Assembly (NCBI GenBank): GCA_964057225.1
Contig: OZ059896.1
Coordinates: 1,426,001 to 1,490,000 of the forward strand
From: Auanema rhodensis
Lineage: Eukaryota; Animalia; Nematoda
Length of the DNA stretch: 64,000 nt
Direction: 5' to 3'
The stretch's first letter is position 1, and the number at the start of each line of letters is the position of its first letter. Both the position numbers and the translations under genes were made by a program. The notes beneath the pieces were generated by a model, which ran no database searches, had not been told where the DNA came from, and worked only from the letters and a program-made list of their open reading frames with translations. Shown here in pieces: positions 51,001 to 64,000 of the stretch.

Positions 51001-54000
51001 GTTGATATCTCGGTGCATTTTCGAGCTAGCGCAAATCTGATAGTACAGATCGACGCAGCTTAAAAATCCGCATCGAATGCACTATACTACATTGAGAAAC
51101 GCTTAATACAAAAATAAGTTATGATCGTTTGAAAAATGATGCATTAGTGTATGTTGAGTTTCCATGTACACTCAAAATTGCTTCCAAAAACATTTTGACA
51201 AAAATTTTTTCGAAAAATTTCAAAATAATTTAGCAAAAAGTAGATGTTTTTAGATTCCTTTTTTCAAGGCAAAAACGATGGACAATGTTATTCAACGAAA
51301 AAATTAATTCTTCAGGGTGAAAATAGAGGATATAGGTGTAAACTTATATCAGTTGATATCTCGGTGCATTTTCAAGCCAGCGCAAATCTGATAGTACAGA
51401 TCGACGCAGCTTAAAAATCCGCATCGAATGCACTATACTACATTGAGAAACGCTTAATACAAAAATTAGTTATGATCGTTTGAAAAATTATGCATTAGTG
51501 TATGTTGAGTTTCCATGTACACTCAAAATTGCTTCCAAAAACATTTTGACAAAAATTTTTTCAAAAAATTTCAAAATAATTTAGCGAAAAGTAGATGTTT
51601 TTAGATTCCTTTTTTCAAGGCAAAAACGATGGACAATGTTATTCAACGAAAAAATTAATTCTTCAGGGTGAAAATAGAGGATATAGGTGTAAACTTATAT
51701 CAGTTGATATCTCGGTGCATTTTCAAGCCAGCGCAAATCTGATAGTACAGATCGACGCAGCTTAAAAATCCGCATCGAATGCACTATACTACATTGAGAA
51801 ACGCTTAATACAAAAATTAGTTATGATCGTTTGAAAAATGATGCATTAGTGTATGTTGAGTTTCCATGTACACTCAACATTGCTTCCAAAAACATTTTGA
51901 CAAAAGTTTTTTCGAAAATTTCAGAATAATTTAGCAAAAAGTAGATGTTTTTAGATTCCTTTTTTCAAGGCAAAAACGATGGACAATGTTATTCAACGAA
52001 AAAATTAATTCTTCAGGGTGAAAATCGAGGATATAGGTGTGAACTTATATCAGTTGATATCTCGGTGCATTTTCAAGCCAGCGCAAATCTGATAGTACAG
52101 ATCGACGCAGCTTAAAAATCCGCATCGAATGCACTATACTACATTGAGAAACGCTTAATACAAAAATTAGTTATGATCGTTTGAAAAATGATGCATTAGT
52201 GTATGTTGAGTTTCCATGTACACTCCAAATTGCTTCCAAAAACATTTTGACAAAAATTTTTTCGAAAAATTTCAAAATAATTTAGCGAAAAGTAGATGTT
52301 TTTAGATTCCTTTTTTCGAGGCAAAAACGATGGACAATGTTATTCAACGAAAAAATTAATTCTTCGGGGTGAAAATCGAGGATATATGTGTGAACTTATA
52401 TCAGTTGATATCTCGGTGCATTTTCAAGCTAGCGCAAATCTGATAGTACAGATCGACGCAGCTTAAAAATCCGCATCGAATGCACTATACTACATTGAGA
52501 AACGCTTAATACAAAAATTAGTTATGATCGTTTGAAAAATGATGCATTAGTGTATGTTGAGTTTCCATGTACACTCAAAATTGCTTCCAAAAACATTTTG
52601 ACAAAAATTTTTTCGAAAAATTTCAAAATAATTTAGCAAAAAGTAGATGTTGTTAGATTCCTTTTTTCGAGGCAAAAACGATGGACAATGTTATTCAACG
52701 AAAAAATTAATTCTTCAGGGTGAAAAGCGAGGATATAAGTGTGAACTTATATCAGTTGATATCTCGGTGCATTTTCGAGCTAGCGCAAATCTGATAGTAC
52801 AGATCGACGCAGCTTAAAAATCCGCATCGAATGCACTATACTAAATTGAGAAACGCTTAATACAAAAATTAGTTATGATCGTTTGAAAAATGATGCATTA
52901 GTGTATGTTGAGTTTCCATGTACACTCAACATTGCTTCCAAAAACATTTTGACAAAAATTTTTTCGAAAATTTCAGAATAATTTAGCAAAAAGTAGATGT
53001 TTTTAGATTCCTTTTTTCAAGGCAAAAACGATGGACAATGTTATTCAACGAAAAAATTAATTCTTCAGGGTGAAAATCGAGGATATAGGTGTGAACTTAT
53101 ATCAGTTGATATCTCGGTGCATTTTCAAGCCAGCGCAAATCTGATAGTACAGATCGACGCAGCTTAAAAATCCGCATCGAATGCACTATACTACATTAAG
53201 AAACGCTTAATACAAAAATTAGTTATGATCGTTTGAAAAATGATGCATTAGTGTATGTTGAGTTTCCATGTACACTCCAAATTGCTTCCAAAAACATTTT
53301 GACAAAAATTTTTTCGAAAAATTTCAAAATAATTTAGCGAAAAGTAGATGTTTTTAGATTCCTTTTTTCGAGGCAAAAACGATGGACAATGTTATTCAAC
53401 AAAAAAATTAATTCTTCAGGGTGAAAATCGAGGATATAGGTGTGAACTTATATCAGTTGATATCTCGGTGCATTTTTAAGCTAGCGGAAATTTGATAGTA
53501 CAGATCGACGCAGCTTAAAAATCCGCATCGAATGCACTATACTACATTGAGAAACGCTTAATACAAAAATTAGTTATGATTGTTTGAAAAATGATGCATT
53601 AGTGTATGTTGAGTTTCCATGTACACTCAAAATTGCTTCCAAAAACAAAATTTTGACAAAATTTTTTTCGAAAAATTTCAAAATAATTTAGCGAAAAGTA
53701 GATGTTTTTAGATTCCTTTTTTCAAGGCAAAAACGATGGACAATGTTATTCAACAAAAAAATTAATTCTTCAGGGTGAAAATCGAGGATATAGGTGTGAA
53801 CTTATATCAGTTGATATCTCGGTGCATTTTTAAGCTAGCGCAAATCTGATAGTACAGATCGACGCAGCTTAATAATCCGCATCGAATGCACTATACGACA
53901 TTGAGAAACGCTTAATACAAAAATTAGTTATGATCTTTTGAAAAATGATGCATTAGTGTATGTTGAGTTTCCATGTACACTCAAAATTGCTTCCAAAAAC

Positions 54001-57000
54001 ATTTTGACAAAAATTTTTTCGAAAAATTTCAAAATAATTTAGCAAAAAGTAGATGTTTTTAGATTCCTTTTTTTGAGGCAAAAACGATGGACAATGTTAT
54101 TCAACGAAAAAATTAATTCTTCAGGGTGAAAATCGAGGATATAAGTGTGAACTTATATCAGTTGATATCTCGGTGCATTTTCGAGCTAGCGCAAATCTGA
54201 TAGTACAGATCGACGCAGCTTAAAAATCCGCATCGAATGCACTATACTACATTGAGAAACGCTTAATACAAAAATAAGTTATGATCGTTTGAAAAATGAT
54301 GCATTAGTGTATGTTGAGTTTCCATGTACACTCAAAATTGCTTCCAAAAACATTTTGACAAAAATTTTTTCGAAAAATTTCAAAATAATTTAGCAAAAAG
54401 TAGATGTTTTTAGATTTCTTTTTTCAAGGCAAAAACGATGGACAATGTTATTCAACGAAAAAATTAATTCTTCAGGGTGAAAATCGAGGATATAGGTGTG
54501 AACTTATATCAGTTGATATCTCGGTGCATTTTCAAGCCAGCGCAAATCTGATAGTACAGATCGACGCAGCTTAAAAATCCGCATCGAATGCACTATACTA
54601 CATTGAGAAACGCTTAATACAAAAATTAGTTATGATCGTTTGAAAAATGATGCATTAGTGTATGTTGAGTTTCCATGTACACTCCAAATTGCTTCCAAAA
54701 ACATTTTGACAAAAATTTTTTCGAAAAATTTCAAAATAATTTAGCGAAAAGTAGATGTTTTTAGATTCCTTTTTTCGAGGCAAAAACGATGGACAATGTT
54801 ATTCAACGAAAAAATTAATTCTTCAGGGTGAAAATCGAGGATATAAGTGTGAACTTATATCAGTTGATATCTCGGTGCATTTTTAAGCTAGCGGAAATTT
54901 GATAACACAGATCGACGCAGCTTAAAAATCCGCATCGAATGCACTATACTACATTGAGAAACGCTTAATACAAAAATTAGTTATGATCGTTTGAAAAATG
55001 ATGCATTAGTGTATGTTGAGTTTCCATGTACACTCAAAATTGCTTCCAAAAACATTTTGACAAAAATTTTTTCGAAAAATTTCAAAATAATTTAGCGAAA
55101 AGTAGATGTTTTTAGATTCCTTTTTTCGAGGCAAAAACGATGGACAATGTTATTCAACGAAAAAATTAATTCTTCAGGGTGAAAATCGAGGATATAAGTG
55201 TGAACTTATATCAGTTGATATCTCGGTGCATTTTCAAGCTAGCGCAAATCTGATAGTACAGATCGACGCAGCTTAAAAATCCGCATCGAATGCACTATAC
55301 TACATTGAGAAACGCTTAATACAAAAATTAGTTATGATCGTTTGAAAAATGATGCATTAGTGTATGTTGAGTTTCCATGTACACTCAAAATTGCTTCCAA
55401 AAACATTTTGACAAAAATTTTTTCAAAAAATTTCAAAATAATTTAGCGAAAAGTAGATGTTTTTAGATTCCTTTTTTCAAGGCAAAAACGATGGACAATG
55501 TTATTCAACGAAAAAATTAATTCTTCAGGGTGAAAATCGAGGATATATGTGTGAACTTATATCAGTTGATATCTCGGTGCATTTTTAAGCTAGCGCAAAT
55601 CTGATAGTACAGATCGACGCAGCTTAATAATCCGCATCGAATGCACTATACTACATTGAGAAACGCTTAATACAAAAATAAGTTATGATCGTTTGAAAAA
55701 TGATGCATTAGTGTATGTTGAGTTTCCATGTACACTCAAAATTGCTTCCAAAAACATTTTGACAAAAATTTTTTCAAAAAATTTCAAAATAATTTAGCGA
55801 AAAGTAGATGTTTTTAGATTCCTTTTTTCAAGGCAAAAACGATGGACAATGTTATTCAACGAAAAAATTAATTCTTCAGGGTGAAAATCGAGGATATAGG
55901 TGTGAACTTATATCAGTTGATATCTCGGTGCATTTTTAAGCTAGCGCAAATCTGATAGTACAGATCGACGCAGCTTAATAATCCGCATCGAATGCACTAT
56001 ACTACATTGAGAAACGCTTAATACAAAAATAAGTTATGATCGTTTGAAAAATGATGCATTAGTGTATGTTGAGTTTCCATGTACACTCAAAATTGCTTCC
56101 AAAAACATTTTGACAAAAATTTTTTCGAAAAATTTCAAAATAATTTAGCAAAAAGTAGATGTTTTTAGATTTCTTTTTTCAAGGCAAAAACGATGGACAA
56201 TGTTATTCAACGAAAAAATTAATTCTTCAGGGTGAAAATCGAGGATATAGGTGTGAACTTATATCAGTTGATATCTCGGTGCATTTTCAAGCCAGCGCAA
56301 ATCTGATAGTACAGATCGACGCAGCTTAAAAATCCGCATCGAATGCACTATACTACATTGAGAAACGCTTAATACAAAAATTAGTTATGATCGTTTGAAA
56401 AATGATGCATTAGTGTATGTTGAGTTTCCATGTACACTCCAAATTGCTTCCAAAAACATTTTGACAAAAATTTTTTCGAAAAATTTCAAAATAATTTAGC
56501 GAAAAGTAGATGTTTTTAGATTCCTTTTTTCGAGGCAAAAACGATGGACAATGTTATTCAACGAAAAAATTAATTCTTCAGGGTGAAAATCGAGGATATA
56601 AGTGTGAACTTATATCAGTTGATATCTCGGTGCATTTTTAAGCTAGCGGAAATTTGATAACACAGATCGACGCAGCTTAAAAATCCGCATCGAATGCACT
56701 ATACTACATTGAGAAACGCTTAATACAAAAATTAGTTATGATCGTTTGAAAAATGATGCATTAGTGTATGTTGAGTTTCCATGTACACTCAAAATTGCTT
56801 CCAAAAACATTTTGACAAAAATTTTTTCGAAAAATTTCAAAATAATTTAGCGAAAAGTAGATGTTTTTAGATTCCTTTTTTCAAGGCAAAAACGATGGAC
56901 AATGTTATTCAACGAAAAAATTAATTCTTCAGGGTGAAAATCGAGGATATATGTGTGAACTTATATCAGTTGATATCTCGGTGCATTTTCAAGCTAGCGC

Positions 57001-60000
57001 AAATCTGATAGTACAGATCGACGCAGCTTAAAAATCCGCATCGAATGCACTATACTACATTGAGAAACGCTTAATACAAAAATTAGTTATGATCGTTTGA
57101 AAAATGATGCATTAGTGTATGTTGAGTTTCCATGTACACTCAAAATTGCTTCCAAAAACATTTTGACAAAAATTTTTTCAAAAAATTTCAAAATAATTTA
57201 GCGAAAAGTAGATGTTTTTAGATTCCTTTTTTCAAGGCAAAAACGATGGACAATGTTATTCAACGAAAAAATTAATTCTTCAGGGTGAAAATCGAGGATA
57301 TATGTGTGAACTTATATCAGTTGATATCTCGGTGCATTTTTAAGCTAGCGCAAATCTGATAGTACAGATCGACGCAGCTTAATAATCCGCATCGAATGCA
57401 CTATACTACATTGAGAAACGCTTAATACAAAAATAAGTTATGATCGTTTGAAAAATGATGCATTAGTGTATGTTGAGTTTCCATGTACACTCAAAATTGC
57501 TTCCAAAAACATTTTGACAAAAATTTTTTCAAAAAATTTCAAAATAATTTAGCGAAAAGTAGATGTTTTTAGATTCCTTTTTTCAAGGCAAAAACGATGG
57601 ACATTGTTATTCAACGAAAAAATTAATTCTTCAGGGTGAAAATCGAGGATATAGGTGTGAACTTATATCAGTTGATATCTCGATGCATTTTTAAGCTAGC
57701 GCAAATCTGATAGTACAGATCGACGCAGCTTAATAATCCGCATCGAATGCACTATACTACATTGAGAAACGCTTAATACAAAAATTAGTTATGATCTTTT
57801 GAAAAATGATGCATTAGTGTATGTTGAGTTTCCATGTACACTCAAAATTGCTTCCAAAAACATTTTGACAAAAATTTTTTCGAAAAATTTCAAAATAATT
57901 TAGCAAAAAGTAGATGTTTTTAGATTCCTTTTTTCGAGGCAAAAACGATGGACAATGTTATTCAACGAAAAAATCAATTCTTCAGGGTGAAAATCGAGGA
58001 TATAAGTGTGAACTTATATCAGTTGATATCTCGGTGCATTTTCGAGCTAGCGCAAATCTGATAGTACAGATCGACGCAGCTTAAAAATCCGCATCGAATG
58101 CACTATACTACATTGAGAAACGCTTAATACAAAAATAAGTTATGATCGTTTGAAAAATGATGCATTAGTGTATGTTGAGTTTCCATGTACACTCAAAATT
58201 GCTTCCAAAAACATTTTGACAAAAATTTTTTCGAAAAATTTCAAAATAATTTAGCAAAAAGTAGATGTTTTTAGATTCCTTTTTTCAAGGCAAAAACGAT
58301 GGACAATGTTATTCAACGAAAAAATTAATTCTTCAGGGTGAAAATAGAGGATATAGGTGTGAACTTATATCAGTTGATATCTCGGTGCATTTTCAAGCCA
58401 GCGCAAATCTGATAGTACAGATCGACGCAGCTTAAAAATCCGCATCGAATGCACTATACTACATTGAGAAACGCTTAATACAAAAATTAGTTATGATCGT
58501 TTGAAAAATGATGCATTAGTGTATGTTGAGTTTCCATGTACACTCCAAATTGCTTCCAAAAACATTTTGACAAAAATTTTTTCGAAAAATTTCAAAATAA
58601 TTTAGCGAAAAGTAGATGTTTTTAGATTCCTTTTTTCGAGGCAAAAACGATGGACAATGTTATTCAACGAAAAAATTAATTCTTCGGGGTGAAAATCGAG
58701 GATATAAGTGTGAACTTATATCAGTTGACATCTCGGTGCATTTTCAAGCTAGCGCAAATCTGATAGTACAGATCGACGCAGCTTAAAAATCCGCATCGAA
58801 TGCACTATACTACATTGAGAAACGCTTAATACAAAAATTAGTTATGATCGTTTGAAAAATGATGCATTAGTGTATGTTGAGTTTCCATGTACACTCAAAA
58901 TTGCTTCCAAAAACATTTTGACAAAAATTTTTTCGAAAAATTTCAAAATAATTTAGCAAAAAGTAGATGTTTTTAGATTCCTTTTTTCGAGGCAAAAACG
59001 ATGGACAATGTTATTCAACGAAAAAATTAATTCTTCAGGGTGAAAATCGAGGATATAAGTGTGAACTTATATCAGTTGATATCTCGGTGCATTTTCGAGC
59101 TAGCGCAAATCTGATAGTACAGATCGACGCAGCTTAAAAATCCGCATCGAATGCACTATACTAAATTGAGAAACGCTTAATACAAAAATTAGTTATGATC
59201 GTTTGAAAAATGATGCATTAGTGTATGTTGAGTTTCCATGTACACTCAACATTGCTTCCAAAAACATTTTGACAAAAATTTTTTCGAAAATTTCAAAATA
59301 ATTTAGCAAAAAGTAGATGTTTTTAGATTCCTTTTTTCAAGGCAAAAACGATGGACAATGTTATTCAACGAAAAAATTAATTCTTCAGGGTGAAAATCGA
59401 GGATATAGGTGTGAACTTATATCAGTTGATATCTCGGTGCATTTTCAAGCCAGCGCAAATCTGATAGTACAGATCGACGCAGCTTAAAAATCCGCATCGA
59501 ATGCACTATACTACATTAAGAAACGCTTAATACAAAAATTAGTTATGATCGTTTGAAAAATGATGCATTAGTGTATGTTGAGTTTCTATGTACACTCCAA
59601 ATTGCTTCCAAAAACATTTTGACAAAAATTTTTTCGAAAAATTTCAAAATAATTTAGCGAAAAGTAGATGTTTTTAGATTCCTTTTTTCGAGGCAAAAAC
59701 GATGGACAATGTTATTCAACGAAAAAATTAATTCTTCAGGGTGAAAATCGAGGATATAAGTGTGAACTTATATCAGTTGATATCTCGGTGCATTTTCGAG
59801 CTAGCGCAAATCTGATAGTACAGATCGACGCAGCTTAAAAATCCGCATCGAATGCACTATACTAAATTGAGAAACGCTTAATACAAAAATTAGTTATGAT
59901 CGTTTGAAAAATGATGCATTAGTGTATGTTGAGTTTCCATGTACACTCAACATTGCTTCCAAAAACATTTTGACAAAAATTTTTTCGAAAATTTCAAAAT

Positions 60001-63000
60001 AATTTAGCAAAAAGTAGATGTTTTTAGATTCCTTTTTTCAAGGCAAAAACGATGGACAATGTTATTCAACGAAAAAATTAATTCTTCAGGGTGAAAATCG
60101 AGGATATAGGTGTGAACTTATATCAGTTGATATCTCGGTGCATTTTCAAGCCAGCGCAAATCTGATAGTACAGATCGACGCAGCTTAAAAATCCGCATCG
60201 AATGCACTATACTACATTAAGAAACGCTTAATACAAAAATTAGTTATGATCGTTTGAAAAATGATGCATTAGTGTATGTTGAGTTTCTATGTACACTCCA
60301 AATTGCTTCCAAAAACATTTTGACAAAAATTTTTTCGAAAAATTTCAAAATAATTTAGCGAAAAGTAGATGTTTTTAGATTCCTTTTTTCGAGGCAAAAA
60401 CGATGGACAATGTTATTCAACGAAAAAATTAATTCTTCAGGGTGAAAATCGAGGATATAAGTGTGAACTTATATCAGTTGATATCTCGGTGCATTTTTAA
60501 GCTAGCGGAAATTTGATAGTACAGATCGACGCAGCTTAAAAATCCGCATCGAATGCACTATACCACATTGAGAAACGCTTAATACAAAAATTAGTTATGA
60601 TCGTTTGAAAAATGATGCATTAGTGTATGTTGAGTTTCCATGTACACTCAAAATTGCTTCCAAAAACATTTTGACAAAAATTTTTTCGAAAAATTTCAAA
60701 ATAATTTAGCGAAAAGTAGATGTTTTTAGATTCCTTTTTTCAAGGCAAAAACGATGGACAATGTTATTCAACAAAAAAATTAATTCTTCAGGGTGAAAAT
60801 CGAGGATATAGGTGTGAACTTATATCAGTTGATATCTCGGTGCATTTTTAAGCTAGCGCAAATCTGATAGTACAGATCGACGCAGCTTAATAATCCGCAT
60901 CGAATGCACTATACTACATTGAGAAACGCTTAATACAAAAATTAGTTATGATCTTTTGAAAAATGATGCATTAGTGTATGTTGAGTTTCCATGTACACTC
61001 AAAATTGCTTCCAAAAACATTTTGACAAAAATTTTTTCGAAAAATTTCAGAATAATTTAGCAAAAAGTAGATGTTTTTAGATTCCTTTTTTCGAGGCAAA
61101 AACGATGGACAATGTTATTCAACGAAAAAATTAATTCTTCAGGGTGAAAATCGAGGATATAAGTGTGAACTTATATCAGTTGATATCTCGGTGCATTTTC
61201 GAGCTAGCGCAAATCTGATAGTACAGATCGACGCAGCTTAAAAATCCGCATCGAATGCACTATACTACATTGAGAAACGCTCAATACAAAAATAAGTTAT
61301 GATCGTTTGAAAAATGATGCATTAGTGTATGTTGAGTTTCCATGTACACTCAAAATTGCTTCCAAAAACATTTTGACAAAAATTTTTTCGAAAAATTTCA
61401 AAATAATTTAGCGAAAAGTAGATGTTTTTAGATTCCTTTTTTCAAGGCAAAAACGAAGGACAATGTAATTCAACGAAAAAATTAATTCTTCAGGGTGAAA
61501 ATCGAGGATATAGGTGTGAACTTATATCAGTTGATATCTCGGTGCATTTTCAAGCCAGCGCAAATCTGATAGTACAGATCGACGCAGCTTAAAAATCCGC
61601 ATCGAATGCACTATACTACATTGAGAAACGCTTAATACAAAAATTAGTTATGATCGTTTGAAAAATGATGCATTAGTGTATGTTGAGTTTCCATGTACAC
61701 TCCAAATTGCTTCCAAAAACATTTTGACAAAAATTTTTTCGAAAAATTTCAAAATAATTTAGCGAAAAGTAGATGTTTTTAGATTCCTTTTTTCGAGGCA
61801 AAAACGATGGACAATGTTATTCAACGAAAAAATTAATTCTTCAGGGTGAAAATCGAGGATATAAGTGTGAACTTATATCAGTTGATATCTCGGTGCATTT
61901 TCAAGCTAGCGGAAATTTGATAACACAGATCGACGCAGCTTAAAAATCCGCATCGAATGCACTATACTACATTGAGAAACGCTTAATACAAAAATTAGTT
62001 ATGATCGTTTGAAAAATGATGCATTAGTGTATGTTGAGTTTCCATGTACACTCAAAATTGCTTCCAAAAACATTTTGACAAAAATTTTTTCGAAAAATTT
62101 CAAAATAATTTAGCGAAAAGTAGATGTTTTTAGATTCCTTTTTTCAAGGCAAAAACGAAGGACAATGTAATTCAACGAAAAAATTAATTCTTCAGGGTGA
62201 AAATCGAGGATATAGGTGTGAACTTATATCAGTTGATATCTCGGTGCATTTTCAAGCCAGCGCAAATCTGATAGTACAGATCGACGCAGCTTAAAAATCC
62301 GCATCGAATGCACTATACTACATTGAGAAACGCTTAATACAAAAATTAGTTATGATCGTTTGAAAAATGATGCATTAGTGTATGTTGAGTTTCCATGTAC
62401 ACTCCAAATTGCTTCCAAAAACATTTTGACAAAAATTTTTTCGAAAAATTTCAAAATAATTTAGCGAAAAGTAGATGTTTTTAGATTCCTTTTTTCGAGG
62501 CAAAAACGATGGACAATGTTATTCAACGAAAAAATTAATTCTTCAGGGTGAAAATCGAGGATATAAGTGTGAACTTATATCAGTTGATATCTCGGTGCAT
62601 TTTTAAGCTAGCGGAAATTTGATAACACAGATCGACGCAGCTTAAAAATCCGCATCGAATGCACTATACTACATTGAGAAACGCTTAATACAAAAATTAG
62701 TTATGATCGTTTGAAAAATGATGCATTAGTGTATGTTGAGTTTCCATGTACACTCAACATTGCTTCCAAAAACATTTTGACAAAAATTTTTTCGAAAAAT
62801 TTCAAAATAATTTAGCGAAAAGTAGATGTTTTTAGATTCCTTTTTTCGAGGCGAAAACGATGGACAATGTTATTCAACGAAAAAATTAATTCTTCAGGGT
62901 GAAAATCGAGGATATAAGTGTGAACTTATATCAGTTGATATCTCGGTGCATTTTCAAGCTAGCGCAAATCTGATAGTACAGATCGACGCAGCTTAAAAAT

Positions 63001-64000
63001 CCGCATCGAATGCACTATACTACATTGAGAAACGCTTAATACAAAAATTAGTTATGATCGTTTGAAAAATGATGCATTAGTGTATGTTGAGTTTCCATGT
63101 ACACTCAAAATTGCTTCCAAAAACATTTTGACAAAAATTTTTTCAAAAAATTTCAAAATAATTTAGCGAAAAGTAGATGTTTTTAGATTTCTTTTTTCAA
63201 GGCAAAAACGATGGACAATGTTATTCAACGAAAAAATTAATTCTTCAGGGTGAAAATCGAGGATATAGGTGTGAACTTATATCAGTTGATATCTCGGTGC
63301 ATTTTCAAGCTAGCGCAAATCTGATAGTACAGATCGACGCAGCTTAAAAATCCGCATCGAATGCACTATACTACATTGAGAAACGCTTAATACAAAATTT
63401 AGTTATGATCGTTTGAAAAATGATGCATTAGTGTATGTTGAGTTTCCATGTACACTCAACATTGCTTCCAAAAACATTTTGACAAAACTTTTTTCGAAAA
63501 ATTTCAAAATAATTTAGCGAAAAGTAGATGTTTTTAGATTCCTTTTTTCAAGGCAAAAACGAAGGACAATGTTATTCAACGAAAAAATTAATTCTTCAGG
63601 GTGAAAATCGAGGATATAGGTGTGAACTTATATCAGTTGATATCTCGGTGCATTTTCAAGCTAGCGCAAATCTGATAGTACAGATCGACGCAGCTTAAAA
63701 ATCCGCATCGAATGCACTATACTACATTGAGAAACGCTTAATACAAAATTTAGTTATGATCGTTTGAAAAATGATGCATTAGTGTATGTTGAGTTTCCAT
63801 GTACACTCAACATTGCTTCCAAAAACATTTTGACAAAACTTTTTTCGAAAAATTTCAAAATAATTTAGCGAAAAGTAGATGTTTTTAGATTCCTTTTTTC
63901 AAGGCAAAAACGAAGGACAATGTAATTCAACGAAAAAATTAATTCTTCAGGGTGAAAATCGAGGATATAAGTGTGAACTTATATCAGTTCATATCTCGGT

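Larger units (their letters stand above)
21052..64000. repeat. 351-bp tandem satellite (SatA), right array, about 122 monomers; continues beyond the window end
   Basis: Same monomer and orientation as the left array. It resumes at monomer position 86 (AAAAATGATGC). Confidence 0.98.

Noticed and set aside
53641-53670. 3-bp AAA insertion (AAAAACAAAATTTTG) and scattered 1-bp homopolymer indels
   Set aside because: These are singletons consistent with slippage or sequencing error, and are informative only where they recur in duplicated blocks.
1-64000. Assignment to a named satellite (alpha satellite/CENP-B box, Arabidopsis CEN178, Drosophila 359-bp, beetle ~350-bp families, honeybee 176-bp AluI) or to telomeric/rDNA repeats
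   Set aside because: Monomer length alone is not diagnostic. I saw no CENP-B box (TTCG....A..CGGG), no AGCT site in the SatB consensus, and no telomere or rRNA sequence. A BLAST or Dfam search is needed.

Overview
The whole window is non-coding, AT-rich (about 69% AT by hand count of one monomer) tandem satellite DNA of eukaryotic heterochromatin or centromere type. All units are head-to-tail on one strand, with no inversions. A 351-bp satellite (SatA, about 165 copies) fills 1-15078 and 21052-64000. It is interrupted by a 5974-bp block of a different 176-bp satellite (SatB, 15079-21052). SatB has 33 full copies with no net indel plus a 34th copy lacking only 10 bp, and both of its ends fall in the same inverted repeat of the monomer. 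This fits integration of a once-opened circular or rolling-circle multimer. SatB variants often repeat with a 352-bp dimer period, almost equal to the 351-bp host period, and the two satellites share several short colinear motifs. SatA contains local variant domains, multi-monomer duplications (offsets of 2, 3, 5, 8, 14, 15 and 18 monomers), two deletion junctions at dyad elements, and many CpG transition variants. No credible genes, RNA genes, CRISPR arrays or transposons were seen. The species and satellite family could not be named from sequence alone.
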